From: Anaeramoeba ignava BMAN
Taxonomy: Eukaryota > Protista > Anaeramoebae
Assembly (NCBI GenBank): GCA_028826165.1
Contig: JAPDFW010000061.1
Span: forward strand, 486,775-550,774
Direction of reading: 5' to 3'
Length of the DNA stretch: 64,000 bases
Part shown: piece after piece, positions 37,285 to 49,498 of the stretch
How the letters are laid out: every line of letters begins with the position of its first letter
How positions within the stretch are numbered: the first letter of the stretch is position 1
Made by a program: the position numbers and the translations under genes
Notes under the pieces: model-generated
Seen by the model: the letters and a program-made list of their open reading frames with translations, nothing else
Database searches by the model: none
Told to the model about the DNA's origin: nothing

Positions 37285-38322
37285 TTATTTTTGATCTTTA
37301 TGTTGTTTCCATTTATCAATATTTGATCGAATTTCATTCCATTCTTTGATTTCTTTGATTTTTGTTTTATCTTTTGAAATATCAATCAAATTTGTAAATT
37401 TTGCTCCTTTTGTATTACAAGATTTAAATTGTTCTTCAGGAATACGAATATTATTCATTTCACATCCTGAAAAATTACATCCATCAATTTTACAATCAAT
37501 AAAACTTGAATTATCAAAATTTGATTTGGAAAAATTAGATTTGATAAGTTTGCATAATTTGAAAATACTTCCTTTAAAATTTTGATTGGAAAATGGAACA
37601 TTACTAGGAAAATTAACTTTAACAAATTCAACATTTTGAAATGAACATTTTTCAAATTTTGGTTTCATCATTGAAGGTGCAATAAAAATAACTTGTTCAA
37701 ATCTTGAACCATTAAACCAACAATTTTCAAAATTAGTATTAAAATAAGTTGAAGGTCCAAATAAACAATCAATAAATTCAAAATTCTTGAATAGAATAGA
37801 TCTGAAACTAAATCCAGTTAAATCTTGTCTTTCAATTCTTCCTGTATCCATAACTGGATGTGGAGTACTATGAGTTCCATAAGGCTCAACAGGAAAACTT
37901 GTTTCACTATGAAGAATACATTTCCTGAATTCTTTTGGAGTAAATGTTTGTCTTTTAAAAAGTTGAACTTTTTCATTTAATAATTGTGTTAATGAATGAA
38001 TTGAATAATATTTTGATTCTTCTAGCAAAATTTCTAATCCTTCTTTGTTGTTTAGTTTTGTTGGAATTGTAATTTTTGAAGTTCTTAAATAATCTAAAAT
38101 GATTTCAAAATATTTTGGATTTCTATCAAAAAATATTATTCCATCATTTATTATTGGAAATTGTTTTTGGTTTGTAATAATTTCTTCAAATTTTGAATTT
38201 TTCCATTTTGATAAAGTTGTTGTTAATGTTTCAAATATTTTCCCTCCTACATTAATTTTAATTGGTTTTATGTTTAAATTTGTATTTTCTTGCTCAATAT
38301 TTTTAGGTTTTTCATCTTCCAT
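37285..38322 (-). CDS. KCTD9-like BTB + pentapeptide-repeat protein
   Basis: Tandem paralog. Confidence 0.9.
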   Translation of the reverse strand: MEDEKPKNIEQENTNLNIKPIKINVGGKIFETLTTTLSKWKNSKFEEIITNQKQFPIINDGIIFFDRNPKYFEIILDYLRTSKITIPTKLNNKEGLEILLEESKYYSIHSLTQLLNEKVQLFKRQTFTPKEFRKCILHSETSFPVEPYGTHSTPHPVMDTGRIERQDLTGFSFRSILFKNFEFIDCLFGPSTYFNTNFENCWFNGSRFEQVIFIAPSMMKPKFEKCSFQNVEFVKVNFPSNVPFSNQNFKGSIFKLCKLIKSNFSKSNFDNSSFIDCKIDGCNFSGCEMNNIRIPEEQFKSCNTKGAKFTNLIDISKDKTKIKEIKEWNEIRSNIDKWKQHKDQK

Positions 38323-38487
38323 TTTCTTTTTATTTTTTAAATTAAATTTTTTATTTATATTCTTAATTTGAATAGGTAAATATTTTATTTATTAAAAAAA
38401 AAATGAAAAAAAAAATTAATTTTTTGCTTTGGATTTTATTATTATTAAATTTTGGAAAATTGAAATTAAGAAAAAGAAAAAGAAGAA

Positions 38488-39257
38488 TCAATTATTTTTG
38501 ATTAATTCATCCAAAATTTTAGTAACATCATCAACACTATCAACGTAAGTAAACAACGGAATTTTATTATCATTTTCATCAACATAAAAATCATCAATAG
38601 AAACATTTTCCTTAAGAAAATTAATAATATTTTCCCAAAAACGAAAAACAAGACAAAGTTTTGGTTTTTTTAAGTGGAATTTAAAAAGCAAAAAAAATTG
38701 AGTCCAAACAAGAATTAATTCATTAAGAGATCCAATATTTCCTTCAAAAATAATAAAAGCATCAAAAAGTTGAGGATCTGTTAAAAATCGAAATCTTTCA
38801 AAAATATCTTTTGATTCTGTTCTTTTTGTTAAAAAGGAATTATCAGTTGATTTTCTTATTGTTTCAAAAAGTGATGGCACAGTTACTCCTTCGATTGATG
38901 GATTTTCATTCTCGCTTTGCTCATGCGCTCCCATTGCTGCTCCTTTCATCGTTCTTTTGGGTTGTGTTTATTTTACCGGTTTTTATCCCAGTTTTATTGT
39001 TAAATTATACTTTGAAAAAATTTTTTATTTAAAAATCATATAATTTACCCGCCATATCTAAGAATATGTAAATAATATTTCAAATGTTTATTTTTTAATA
39101 TGAAATTTGGTTTTTTTATTTTGATTATTTTTTTTTACCCGCCGTTAGCAATTTCAATATTTCTTTTTGCTAATTCTTTTCCTAATTCTCTTGCTCTTTC
39201 AAAAAGTTCAGATCCTTCTTTTGGACTTGAACTTCCAAAAATACAAATTCTTTTCAT
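38488..39257 (-). CDS. LOG/SLOG-family (lysine-decarboxylase-like) nucleotide phosphoribohydrolase (exons 39257-39139, 39057-39049, 38953-38488)
   Basis: MKRICIFGSS...ARELGKELAKRNIEIANGGYGGTMKGAAMGA; DAFIIFEGNIGSLNEL resembles the PGGxGTxxE motif. Confidence 0.82.
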
Positions 39258-39356
39258 CTATTTTTTTATATTTAAAAAAAATGAAAAAATGAAAAAATGA
39301 AAAAATGAAAATTAAAAAAATTTTTTTTCATTTTTTTTTTTTTAAAATTATTTTTA

Positions 39357-42300
39357 ATGGGAAATAATAAAAGAAGAAGAAGAGGAAAGAAAAAACAGAA
39401 TAAAAATTCAAATTTCAAATCATTTTTAGATTTAAAATCAAAATTCAATTTAAAATCAAAATCTAAATCTAAATCAAATTCAAAATCAAATTCAAAATCA
39501 AAATCATTTTTAAAATCAAATTCAAAATCAAATTCAAATTCAAATTCAAAATCAAAATCAAAATCAAATTCAAATTCAAATTCAAATTCAAAATCATTTT
39601 TAAATTCAAATTCAAAATCAAAATCAAAATCAAATTCAAATTCAAATTCAAAATCATTTTTAAAATCAAATTCAAAATCAAATTCATTTTCAAAATCAAA
39701 ATCATTTTTAAAATCAAATTCAAAATCAAAATCATTTTTAAAATCAAATTCAAATTCCAAAAAAATAAAATTATTTGAAAAGGAAAAACTTTATCCGTTA
39801 ATTAAATGGACAAAAAAAAAAGAAATTAAAATTGGATTTCCAAATTTTGGAAACACTTGTTTTGCAAATTCAGTCTTACAATGTCTTGTTTATACACCAC
39901 CATTTGCACAATTTCTTGTTAATGGATCTCATCATAAAGATTGTCCCATTCGTTTGCAAAATGCAAATTCAAATCAAAATCGTTTTTGTTTATTGTGCAG
40001 TTTTGCATATTTAATTCAGAACATCTTTAATCACAAAAAAAATTTTTAAAAAAATTCTTGTTTTGATAATCAAAAGTTTCCACAAATTTTTTACTCTTGG
40101 ATTCCAACAAGATGCACATGAATTTTTACTACATGTTTTAGATAAAATGGTTGATGATAGTTTATTTTCACAACCAAAGTATATGATTTCAATTTAAAAT
40201 TTAAAATTTAAAATTTAAAATTCAAAATTCAAAATTCAAAATTCATTTTATAATAATTAGAAATTTGGATCAAAATATAAAAGAAACAACATTTATTCAT
40301 GCTGTTTTTGGAGGATATTTAAATAATAGAATTACTTGTCCAAAATGTCATTTTGTTTCAACAAAAAAAGAAATATTTACAGATATTTCATTGAATCTTA
40401 GTAAAAATACAACTGTAATTCGATCATTAAAATCATTTATTCTTCCAGAAATTCTTGATGAAAAAAACAAGTAAAATTGATGAAAAAAAAAATATTCAAA
40501 AATTTGATTTAAAAAAAAAACAAATTGATTTATTTTAAAAAAAAAAACAACAAGATATTTTTGTGAAAATTGCAAAAATTCTGTTCAAGCAGAAAAACAA
40601 ATTATTTTTGATAAACTACCTTTAATATTAATTCTTCATTTGAAAAGATTTACAACAACAATCCGAAGAAATCGATTATTCACACAAAAAAATAATTCTT
40701 TTGTTAGTTTTCCTGAAAAAATCGAAATGAATCAATTCACTTTGAATTCCTCAAAAAAAATTGATGATATTTATAATTTATTTGCTGTTGTTGTTCACAG
40801 TGGAAATTCAACAAGATCCGGTCATTATTATTCTTTTATAAAATCTTCTAATGATAAATGGTATCTTGCTGATGATGAATTTACTACTCTGGTCGCTAAA
40901 AAAAATGTTTTTTCTCAAAAGGCTTATATTTTATTTTATCAAAAAGATAAACCTGTTTTAAATTCAAATCCGAAAAAAAGAAAATTTCCAATTCAAGAAA
41001 ATCCAAAAATGAAAGATCAAGAGTATATTTATGTTAAAAGTACATTTAAATTAGAATCAGATGATAGTGATGATAATGATGATAGATATATTTTTAGTGG
41101 AAATGAGAATTCAAATAAGAAAATTAAAAATGAAACTGAAAATGAATATGAAAATAAAAATGAAAAATTAAATCAAAGCAATAATAAAAATATGAAATTT
41201 GATGAAAATGAATATAAAAGTGAATATGAAAATGAAAATGAAAATGAAACTGAAAATGAAAATGAAACTGAAAAATTAAATTCTAATCTCAAAAGAACAA
41301 ATAGTATGAAATTTGATGAAATTGAATATAAAAGTGAATATGAAAATGAAACTGAAAATGAATATAAAAGTGAATATGAAAATGAAAATGAAAATGAAAA
41401 TGAAACTGAAAATGAAACTGAAACTGAAAATGAAAAATTAAATCAAAACAATAATAAAAATATGAAAATGAGTGAAAATGAAACTGAAAATGAAACTGAA
41501 AATGAAAATGAAAATGAAAAATTAAATTCTAATCTCAAAAGAACAAATAGTATGAAATTTGATGAAATTGAATATAAAAGTGAATATGAAACTGAAAATG
41601 AAAATGAAAATGAAACTGAAAATGAAAAATTAAATCAAAACAATAATAAAAATATGAAAATGAGTGAAACTGAAAATGAAAATGAAAATGAAAATGAAAA
41701 TGAAAATGAAAATGAAAATGAAAATGAAAATGAAAATGAAAATGAAAAATTAAATTCTAATCTCAAAAGAACAAATAGTATGAAATTTGATGAAATTGAA
41801 TATAAAAGTGAATATGAAAATGAAACTGAAAATGAATATAAAAGTGAATATGAAAATGAAACTGAAAATGAAAATGAAAATGAAAATGAAAATGAAAATG
41901 AAAATGAAAATGAAAATGAAAAATTAAATTCTAATCTCAAAAGAACAAATAGTATGAAATTTGATGAAATTGAATATAAAAGTGAATATGAATATGAAAC
42001 TGAAAATGAATATAAAAGTGAATATGAAATTGAATATAAAAGTGAATATGAAAATGAAACTGAAAATGAAAATGAAACTGAAACTGAAAATGAAAATGAA
42101 AAATTAAATTCTAATTTAAAAAGAACAAATGAAGTATGAAAATGAAAATGAAAATGAATATAAAAGTGAATATGAAACTGAAAATGAATATGAATATAAA
42201 ACAGAAAGTGAATATCAAATTAAAAGTGATACAGACTCTGAAAATCAATTTGAAGTTATTACTGTAAATAAAAATATAAATATAAATGAAAATGAAAATA

Positions 42301-43520
42301 AAAATGAGAAGAAAACAAAATTGGATGAAATTCAACAAAAAGTCTCAGAAATTCCCTTTGATTTAACAAAAAATTCTCCAAAAATTAAAAGAACTAAATC
42401 TTTTCAACAAAAGAAACTATTAACAGAATTTTTAGCAGATAAAAGTGTAAATCCTACTTTACATAAACATCTTTCTAAAAAGCAAAGATATACGAAAAAA
42501 TTCGCTTATCAACTTACTAAATCTATTTATAATTCAAATTCAAATTCAAATTCAAATTCAAATTCAAAATCAAATTCAAATTCAAATTCTAAATTAAAAT
42601 CAAAATCATTATCTATTTCAAAACTAAATTCAGATTCAAAATTAAATTCAAAATCTAAATCAAAATTAAATTCAAATTCAGATTCAAAATCAAATTCAGA
42701 TTCAAAATCAGATTCAAAATCAAATTCAAATTCAAAATCTAAATCAAATTCAAAATCATTATCTATTTCAAAACTAAATTCAGATTCAAAATTAAATTCA
42801 AAATCTAAATCAAAATCAAAATTAAATTCAAAATCTAAATCAAATTCAAAATCATTATCTATTTCAAAATTAAATTCAGATTCAAAATTAAATTCAAAAT
42901 CAAAATCTAAATCAAAATCAAAATCAAATTCAAAATCAAAATCTAAATCAAATTCAAAATTGTTATCAAATTCAGATTCAAAACCAAATTCAAAATCAAA
43001 TTCAAAATCTAAATCAAATTCAAAATCAAATTCAAAATCAAATTCAAAATCAAAATCTAAATCAAAATCAAATTCAAAATTAAATTCAAATTCAAAATCA
43101 AATTCAAAATCAAATTCAAAATTAAATTCAAAATTAAATTCAAAATCATTATCTATTTCAAAATTAAATTCAAATTCAAATTCAAAATCAAATTCAAAAT
43201 TAAATTCAGATTCAAAATTGTTATCAAATTCAAATTCAAATTCAAAATTAAATTCAAAATCATTATCTATTTCAAAACTAAATTCAGATTCAAAATCAAA
43301 TTCAAAATCAAATTCAAAATCAAATTCAAAATTATTATCTATTTCAAAATTAAATTCAAATTCAGATTCAAAATTAAATTCAAATTCAAATTCAAAATTA
43401 AATCCAAAATTGAAATCAAATTTGAAATTAAAATTCGAATCATTTTCTAAATCCAAATCATTTTTAAGTTTCAATCCAAAACAAAAATCAAAACCAGATA
43501 TAAATCTAATAGAAAAATAA
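39357..43520 (+). CDS. USP36/USP42-like ubiquitin-specific protease with long ENE and SKSN low-complexity tails (introns ~40179-40260 and ~40471-40554; frameshifts near 40045 and 42130)
   Basis: Cys box GFPNFGNTCFANSVLQCL, QQDAHEFL, LILHLKRF, His box VVHSG..SGHYYSFIK...WYLADD, QKAYILFY. Confidence 0.85.
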
Positions 43521-43598
43521 AAACTGAAAAAGATTTTAATTTTTAATTTTTAATTTTTAATTTTTCATTTTTCATTTTTTTCTTTGTTTTTTTTTAAA

Positions 43599-43958
43599 AT
43601 GGAAAAAGAAAATTCAACAAGTTTTTCAGTTTGGGATACAATTTTTGATACAGTTTCAAAAATTCAAGAAAAAACACAAAAACAAATTGAAGTAATTGAT
43701 AAAATAACTCAAAAAACAGTTTCAGTTGCAAAACCAGTTATTCATTATGGGTAAATTTGATTTAAATTTAATTTTAATTTTAATTTTAATTTTAATTTTA
43801 ATTTTAATTTTAATTTTAATTTTAATTTTAATTTTAATTTTGATTTTAATTTTAATTTTAATTTTGAAAATAGTTTTATTCCTTTTGTGATTTATTTAGG
43901 TTCTAAATCAAATCCTCCTCCAAATTGGTTTTCTTTATTTCCTTCTGAAAATAATTGA
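43599..43958 (+). CDS. tom7: Tom7-like small subunit of the outer-membrane translocase, 78 aa (exons 43599-43750, 43874-43958)
   Basis: The spliced product contains AKPVIHYGFIPFVIYLGSKSNPPPNWFSLFP, matching the Tom7 H(Y/W)GFIPxxIYLG signature. Confidence 0.85.
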
Positions 43959-44074
43959 TTTTTTTTTGATTTAAAATCAATTACTTTTTTTTTTTAAATT
44001 TCAAAAATAAAAAAAATTTTTTTTTTCATTTTTTCATTTTTTCATTTTTTTTTAAACAATGTAATTTAATTTAT

Positions 44075-44400
44075 AAAAATATAAAAATATTAAATCAAAC
44101 ATAAATTATTTATCTAAATTATTTAAATAATAAAAATATTTATAAATTATTAATATAAATTTAATCAAAAAATTAAATAATAAAAATATAAAAATATTAA
44201 ATCAAACATAAATTATTTATCTAAATTATTTAAATAATAAAAATATTTATAAATTATTTATTTAAACTTAATCAAAAAATTAAATAATAAAAATATAAAA
44301 ATATTAAATCAAACATAAATTATTTATCTAAATTATTTATTAAAATGATTTAAAAAATTATTTAAATAATAAAAATATTTATAAATTATTTATTTAAATT
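44075..44400. repeat. ~105-bp tandem repeat, about 3 copies
   Basis: AAATCAAACATAAATTATTTATCTAAATT recurs near 44090, 44200 and 44305. Confidence 0.75.
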
Positions 44401-45004
44401 ATTTAAAAAATTATTTAAAATTTTAAAATTATTTAAATTTTATTTATTTCATAATAGAAAAAAATGATTCAATTTTGAAATCACTGAGTTGGATCCAAAA
44501 ATCAAATGAAATAATTGAATTTCGAAAGAAGAAGCCAAAAAAAATCTTGTTCCAAAAAATAATTCTTGGGATAATAAAAGAACGATTATTTTGTTCTAAT
44601 TATATTATCTTGGGTTGTTTTATAAATTTCCCATAGACGAGATATAGTGAGAGGGGTTTAAAAACTCAAAATTTCTTTCTTGAATGGAAATCTGTGTAGC
44701 AAAATAGCAAAAGGAAATTGTCAAGATCCTCAAAATATTAAATGTTTCTTCTTTTAGATAATTTTTGAGGGTATCTGTGAATTGGAAATTAATAACTCTG
44801 TGATCATTTTTCTATGATTTTCTGTTTGTAGATGATCATTTTCAAAGAAAAGAATTTGTGATTAATAAAGGAAATAAATTAAAGAAATTAATTAAAATAT
44901 TATTTTGTTTATTATTTTGTTTAATTTTTAATTAATAAATCGTTTACAATTTGGAAATAAAATGAATTAAAAAATGATTTTAAAACTTTTTTTCATTTTT
45001 TTTA

Positions 45005-47125
45005 AATTAAAATTATTAAAAATAAAGAAATAAACTTGAAACAAAAATCAAATCAAAATTTTAATTTATTTTTTATTAATAATTAATAAAAATAAATTAA
45101 TAAAATTAATTAAGAAATTATTTTAAAAAAGTATTTATTATTAATATTAATTCAAAATTATTAAAAATAAAGAAATAAATTTGAAACAAAAATCAAATCA
45201 AATTTTTAATTTAATTTTAATAATAATTTATAAAAATAAATTAATAAAATTAATTAAGAAATGATTTTAAAAAGGATTTATTAAATAAAAATAAAGAAAT
45301 AAATTTGAAACAAAAATCAAATCAAAATTTTAATTTAATTTTTAATAATAATTTATAAAAATAAATTAATAAAATTAATTAAGAAATTATTAATAATAAG
45401 TTAAAATTATTAAAAATAAAAGAAATAAATTCAAAAACAAAAATCAAATCAAAATTTTAATTTATTTTTAATAATAATTTATAAAAATAAATTAATAAAA
45501 TTAATTAAGAAATTATTTTTAAAAAAGTATTTATTATTAATATTAATTCAAAATTATTAAAAATCAAATTTATCAAATTTTTAATTTATTTTTATTAATA
45601 ATTAATAAAAATAAATTAATAAAATTAATTAAGAAATTATTTTAAAAAGTATTTATTATTAATATTAATTCAAAATTATTAAAAATAAAGAAATAAATTT
45701 GAAACAAAAATCAAATCAAATTTTAATTTAAGTTTTAATAATAATTTATAAAAATAAATTAATAAAATTAATTAAGAAATGATTTTAAAACTTTTTTATT
45801 ATTAATAATAAGTTAAAATTATTAAAAATAAAGAAATAAATTCAAAAACAAAAATCAAATCAAAATTTTAATTTATTTTTAATAATAATTTATAAAAATA
45901 AATTAATAAAATTAATTAAGAAATGATTTTAAAAAGTATTTATTATTAATATTAATTCAAAATTATTAAAATTATAAAAATAAATTCAAAAACAAAAATC
46001 AAATCAAAATTTTTATTTAATTTTTATTGATAATTAATAAAAATAAATTAATAAAATTAATTAAGAAATGATTTTAAAAAGTATTTATTATTAATATTAA
46101 TTCAATATTATTAAAAATAAAGAAATAAATTTGAAACAAAAATCAAATCAAAATTTTAATTTAATTTTTATTAATAATCAATAAAAATAAATTAATAAAA
46201 TTAATTAAGAAATGATTTTAAAACTTTTTATTATTAATATTAATTCAATATTATTAAAAATAAAGAAATAAACTTTAGAGAAAATCAAATCAAATTTTTA
46301 ATTTAATTTTTATTAATAATTAATAAAAATAAATTAATAAAATTAATTAAGAAATGATTTTAAAAAGTATTTATTATTAATAATAAATTAATATTATTAA
46401 AAATAAAGAAATAAACTTTAGAGAAAATCAAATCAAATTTTAATTTAATTTTTAATAATAATTAATAAAAATAAATTAATAAAATTAATTAAGAAATAAT
46501 TTTAAAAAGTATTTATTATTAATAATAAATTAAAATTATTAAAAATAAAGAAATAAACTTTTAGAGAAAATTAAATCAAAATTTTAATTTAATTTTTAAT
46601 AATAATTAATAAAAATAAATTAATAAAATTAATTAAGAAATGATTTTAAAAAGTATTTATTATTAATAATAAATTAAAATTATTAAAAATAAAGAAATAA
46701 ACTTTAGAGAAAATTAAATCAAAATTTTAATTTATTTTTAATAATAATTAATAAAAATAAATTAATAAAAATTAATTAAGAAATAATTTTAAAAAGTATT
46801 TATTATTAATAATAAATTAAAATTATTAAAAATAAAGAAATAAACTTTAGAGAAAATTAAATCAAATTTTTAATTTAATTTTTAATAATAAATAATAAAA
46901 ATAAATTAATAAAATTAATTAAGAAATAATTTTAAAAAGTATTTATTATTAATAATAAATTAAAATTATTAAAAATAAAGAAATAAACTTTAGAGAAAAT
47001 CAAATCAAATTTTTAATTTATTTTTTAATAATAATTAATAAAAATAAATTAATAAAATTAATTAAGAAATGATTTTAAAAAAGTATTTATTATTAATAAT
47101 AAATTAATATTATTAAAAATAATCA
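45005..47125. repeat. ~143-bp satellite array, about 15 copies
   Basis: TAAAGAAATAAAC landmark at about 46261, 46404, 46546, 46690, 46833 and 46976. Confidence 0.9.
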
Positions 47126-47200
47126 AATATTATTTAAGAAAATTTGATCAAATTTTCATTTTTCATTTTTCAAATTTTTTTTTGATTTAAAACTAAATTT

Positions 47201-49042
47201 ATGGAAAATAAATTTGAAAAAAATAATCAACAAAATCAAATAAATCAATTTAAAAATGAAAAAAATCAATTTAAAAATGAAAAAATTACACAAATTAATA
47301 TTTTGGAACATATTAAAAAGAAAAATAGAAATAAAGTTGTATTAATTGATCAAAACAGATTTACAATGTTTCCTCGTGTTTTTTCTGATTCTGAAAAAGA
47401 AGAAAATTTATTTCCAATTTTGATAAGACAACAAACTCAAATATTAATCAAAAAAATCAAGAATAATGGACGAGGAGAATCAATATTGATTGGATCATCA
47501 GGAGCTGGAAAATCATTCATTCTTTTTCATTCTGCAATTTTTTTCTCATATTTAAAAAATTGGATAGTATTATATATTCCAAATACTGAAGAACTTTTAA
47601 AAATGGAAGAATTTGAAGCTGCAAAACAAATTCTGAAAGATATATGGAATAGATATGGAACATGGTTTTTTGATTCACTTTCTGAAAAGGAAAGAAATGA
47701 TCTTAATATTAGTTTATCAACAAATTTACTCACAGAAGATCAAAAGAAATTTCTTATTAAGGAATGTAAACAAGTGATTTATGCTTTAAAGATTGGTTCA
47801 TTTAAAGAATATCATAAATTAATTATTGTTGATGAATGGAATGCTTTATGGAATGAAAAACCTCCAAAACAACATTTTTTAAATAAGTTCAAAAATTTTT
47901 ACACAACTTCAAATGTATTTTTACTTATGGCTATAAGTTCTAAATTCCAAACTTTCGGGAAATTTGATGTATTGAAGTTTCTCACTATTTCTAGAGAAGT
48001 TTACGTTTATAATGAAGAAGAATTTGAATCTATTTTAGAAAATTACAAATCATTAAAGAAATTACCCAATGATTTTCCTAAACAAGATCTTGAAAAAATT
48101 ACTGGAAGAGTTCCAAGAGTTCTTTTTTTTATCAGTATTGCTTTTCAAAACAGAAATGAACAAATTAATTGGCTTGAAGATGCAAAACAAAAAACAAAGA
48201 ATCATTATCAAGAAATTGTTTGGAAAGTGTTTCAAAAAATAGAACAAAGAAAATCACAAAAATTATATAAAGATCGTAATGCATTGGCTTTCATCAAAAG
48301 AGTATTTTTAAACAAATCTTTTGGTGATTTACCAAAATTTTGGGAAGTTGCTGGATTATTTCAAGGATATTCTAAAATTGGATTTTCACCAATTTGTGAA
48401 TGGGTATTTGAAGCAATTTCAGAATATATATATCGAGAATTTCCACAAATTGTTGAACTTCTCGCTTTATTTTATGAAATAAGATTCTATTCACTTGAAT
48501 TATATGTTAGTAGTATCTTTTATTCTGGTTTTTTAACTTTTATTGATTTGCCAAATGTTGATTTAGCAGGAAATCTTAGATCTCACAACTCATTTCATAT
48601 TGGAGTTTCTTCTCAAATTTTACAAAACAAAAATGAGAAAATCAAACAATTAAATCCAGGAACTTTGATTCGATGTTTTGAAAATCATCCTGTTGTTGAT
48701 TTTATCATTTATTCATTAAACAAACAGTTGTTTTATATCCAAATTTCTAACGAATATTATCCAAGTCATTCTCCTAAAATAGATCCATTATTTACAAAAA
48801 CAATTGAAGAATATGGAAACCAAACAATTATTGAATATTATTCTAATTTAACTAATATGAAACTTTTAACAGAAAAAGACAAACTTCCAGAAAATCAATT
48901 TTATGTTTATATCACCAATCATCAAATTTATTTTCCAAAAAAGGAATTTATCAATCAACCTGTTATTCTTGTTAATAAAGAGAGATTATCTCATCTTAAT
49001 CCAGAACTTTGGAATTATATTTCGGGTAATTTTGATAATTAG
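47201..49042 (+). CDS. P-loop NTPase + C-terminal restriction-endonuclease-like domain (Crinkler/RHS-type architecture), copy 1
   Basis: Walker A GSSGAGKS, Walker B LIIVDEWN, helical ITGRVPR, C-terminal NHPVVDFIIY...LFYIQIS..Y..H..K; intronless. Confidence 0.7.
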   Translation: MENKFEKNNQQNQINQFKNEKNQFKNEKITQINILEHIKKKNRNKVVLIDQNRFTMFPRVFSDSEKEENLFPILIRQQTQILIKKIKNNGRGESILIGSSGAGKSFILFHSAIFFSYLKNWIVLYIPNTEELLKMEEFEAAKQILKDIWNRYGTWFFDSLSEKERNDLNISLSTNLLTEDQKKFLIKECKQVIYALKIGSFKEYHKLIIVDEWNALWNEKPPKQHFLNKFKNFYTTSNVFLLMAISSKFQTFGKFDVLKFLTISREVYVYNEEEFESILENYKSLKKLPNDFPKQDLEKITGRVPRVLFFISIAFQNRNEQINWLEDAKQKTKNHYQEIVWKVFQKIEQRKSQKLYKDRNALAFIKRVFLNKSFGDLPKFWEVAGLFQGYSKIGFSPICEWVFEAISEYIYREFPQIVELLALFYEIRFYSLELYVSSIFYSGFLTFIDLPNVDLAGNLRSHNSFHIGVSSQILQNKNEKIKQLNPGTLIRCFENHPVVDFIIYSLNKQLFYIQISNEYYPSHSPKIDPLFTKTIEEYGNQTIIEYYSNLTNMKLLTEKDKLPENQFYVYITNHQIYFPKKEFINQPVILVNKERLSHLNPELWNYISGNFDN

Positions 49043-49152
49043 AATCAAATTCAAATTCAAATTCAAAATCAAATTCAAAATCAAAATCAAAATCAAATTC
49101 AAAATCAAATTCAAAATCAAATTCAAATTCAAATTCAAAATCAAATTCAAAA
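49043..49152. repeat. Hexamer microsatellite (AAAWTC)n directly after the stop codon
   Basis: Visible tandem repeat. Confidence 0.8.
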
Positions 49153-49498
49153 ATGAATATAACTTTTCTCGGGTTTGCACAAATTGAGATGAAGAAATTT
49201 CCTCTTTGATTTGATTTTTTTTACTTTCCATTTTCTTTCTCCTTTTTTATTTAAAAACAATAAAAATAATTTATTTTTCCTCTTTTTTATTTAAAAAATA
49301 AACAAGAATTAAAATTTATTTTTTCATTTTTTCATTTATTCAAAATTAAAACAAAAATAAACAAAAGTAATTTATTTAATATTATTAAATTAAACATGAT
49401 TTATTTAACGACATTACCCAAATCATAAAAATATTCATAAATTATTTATCTAATTTAGATTTTTTTTACTTTTTTGATAGGTTACCTTTTTTTAAAAA

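Noticed and set aside
47201-49042. Calling the NTPase mitochondrial ribosomal DAP3/mS29
   Set aside because: The Walker A and B context is similar, but the extra nuclease-like C-terminus, lack of a presequence and recent duplication fit a Crinkler-type protein better; not excluded without a profile search
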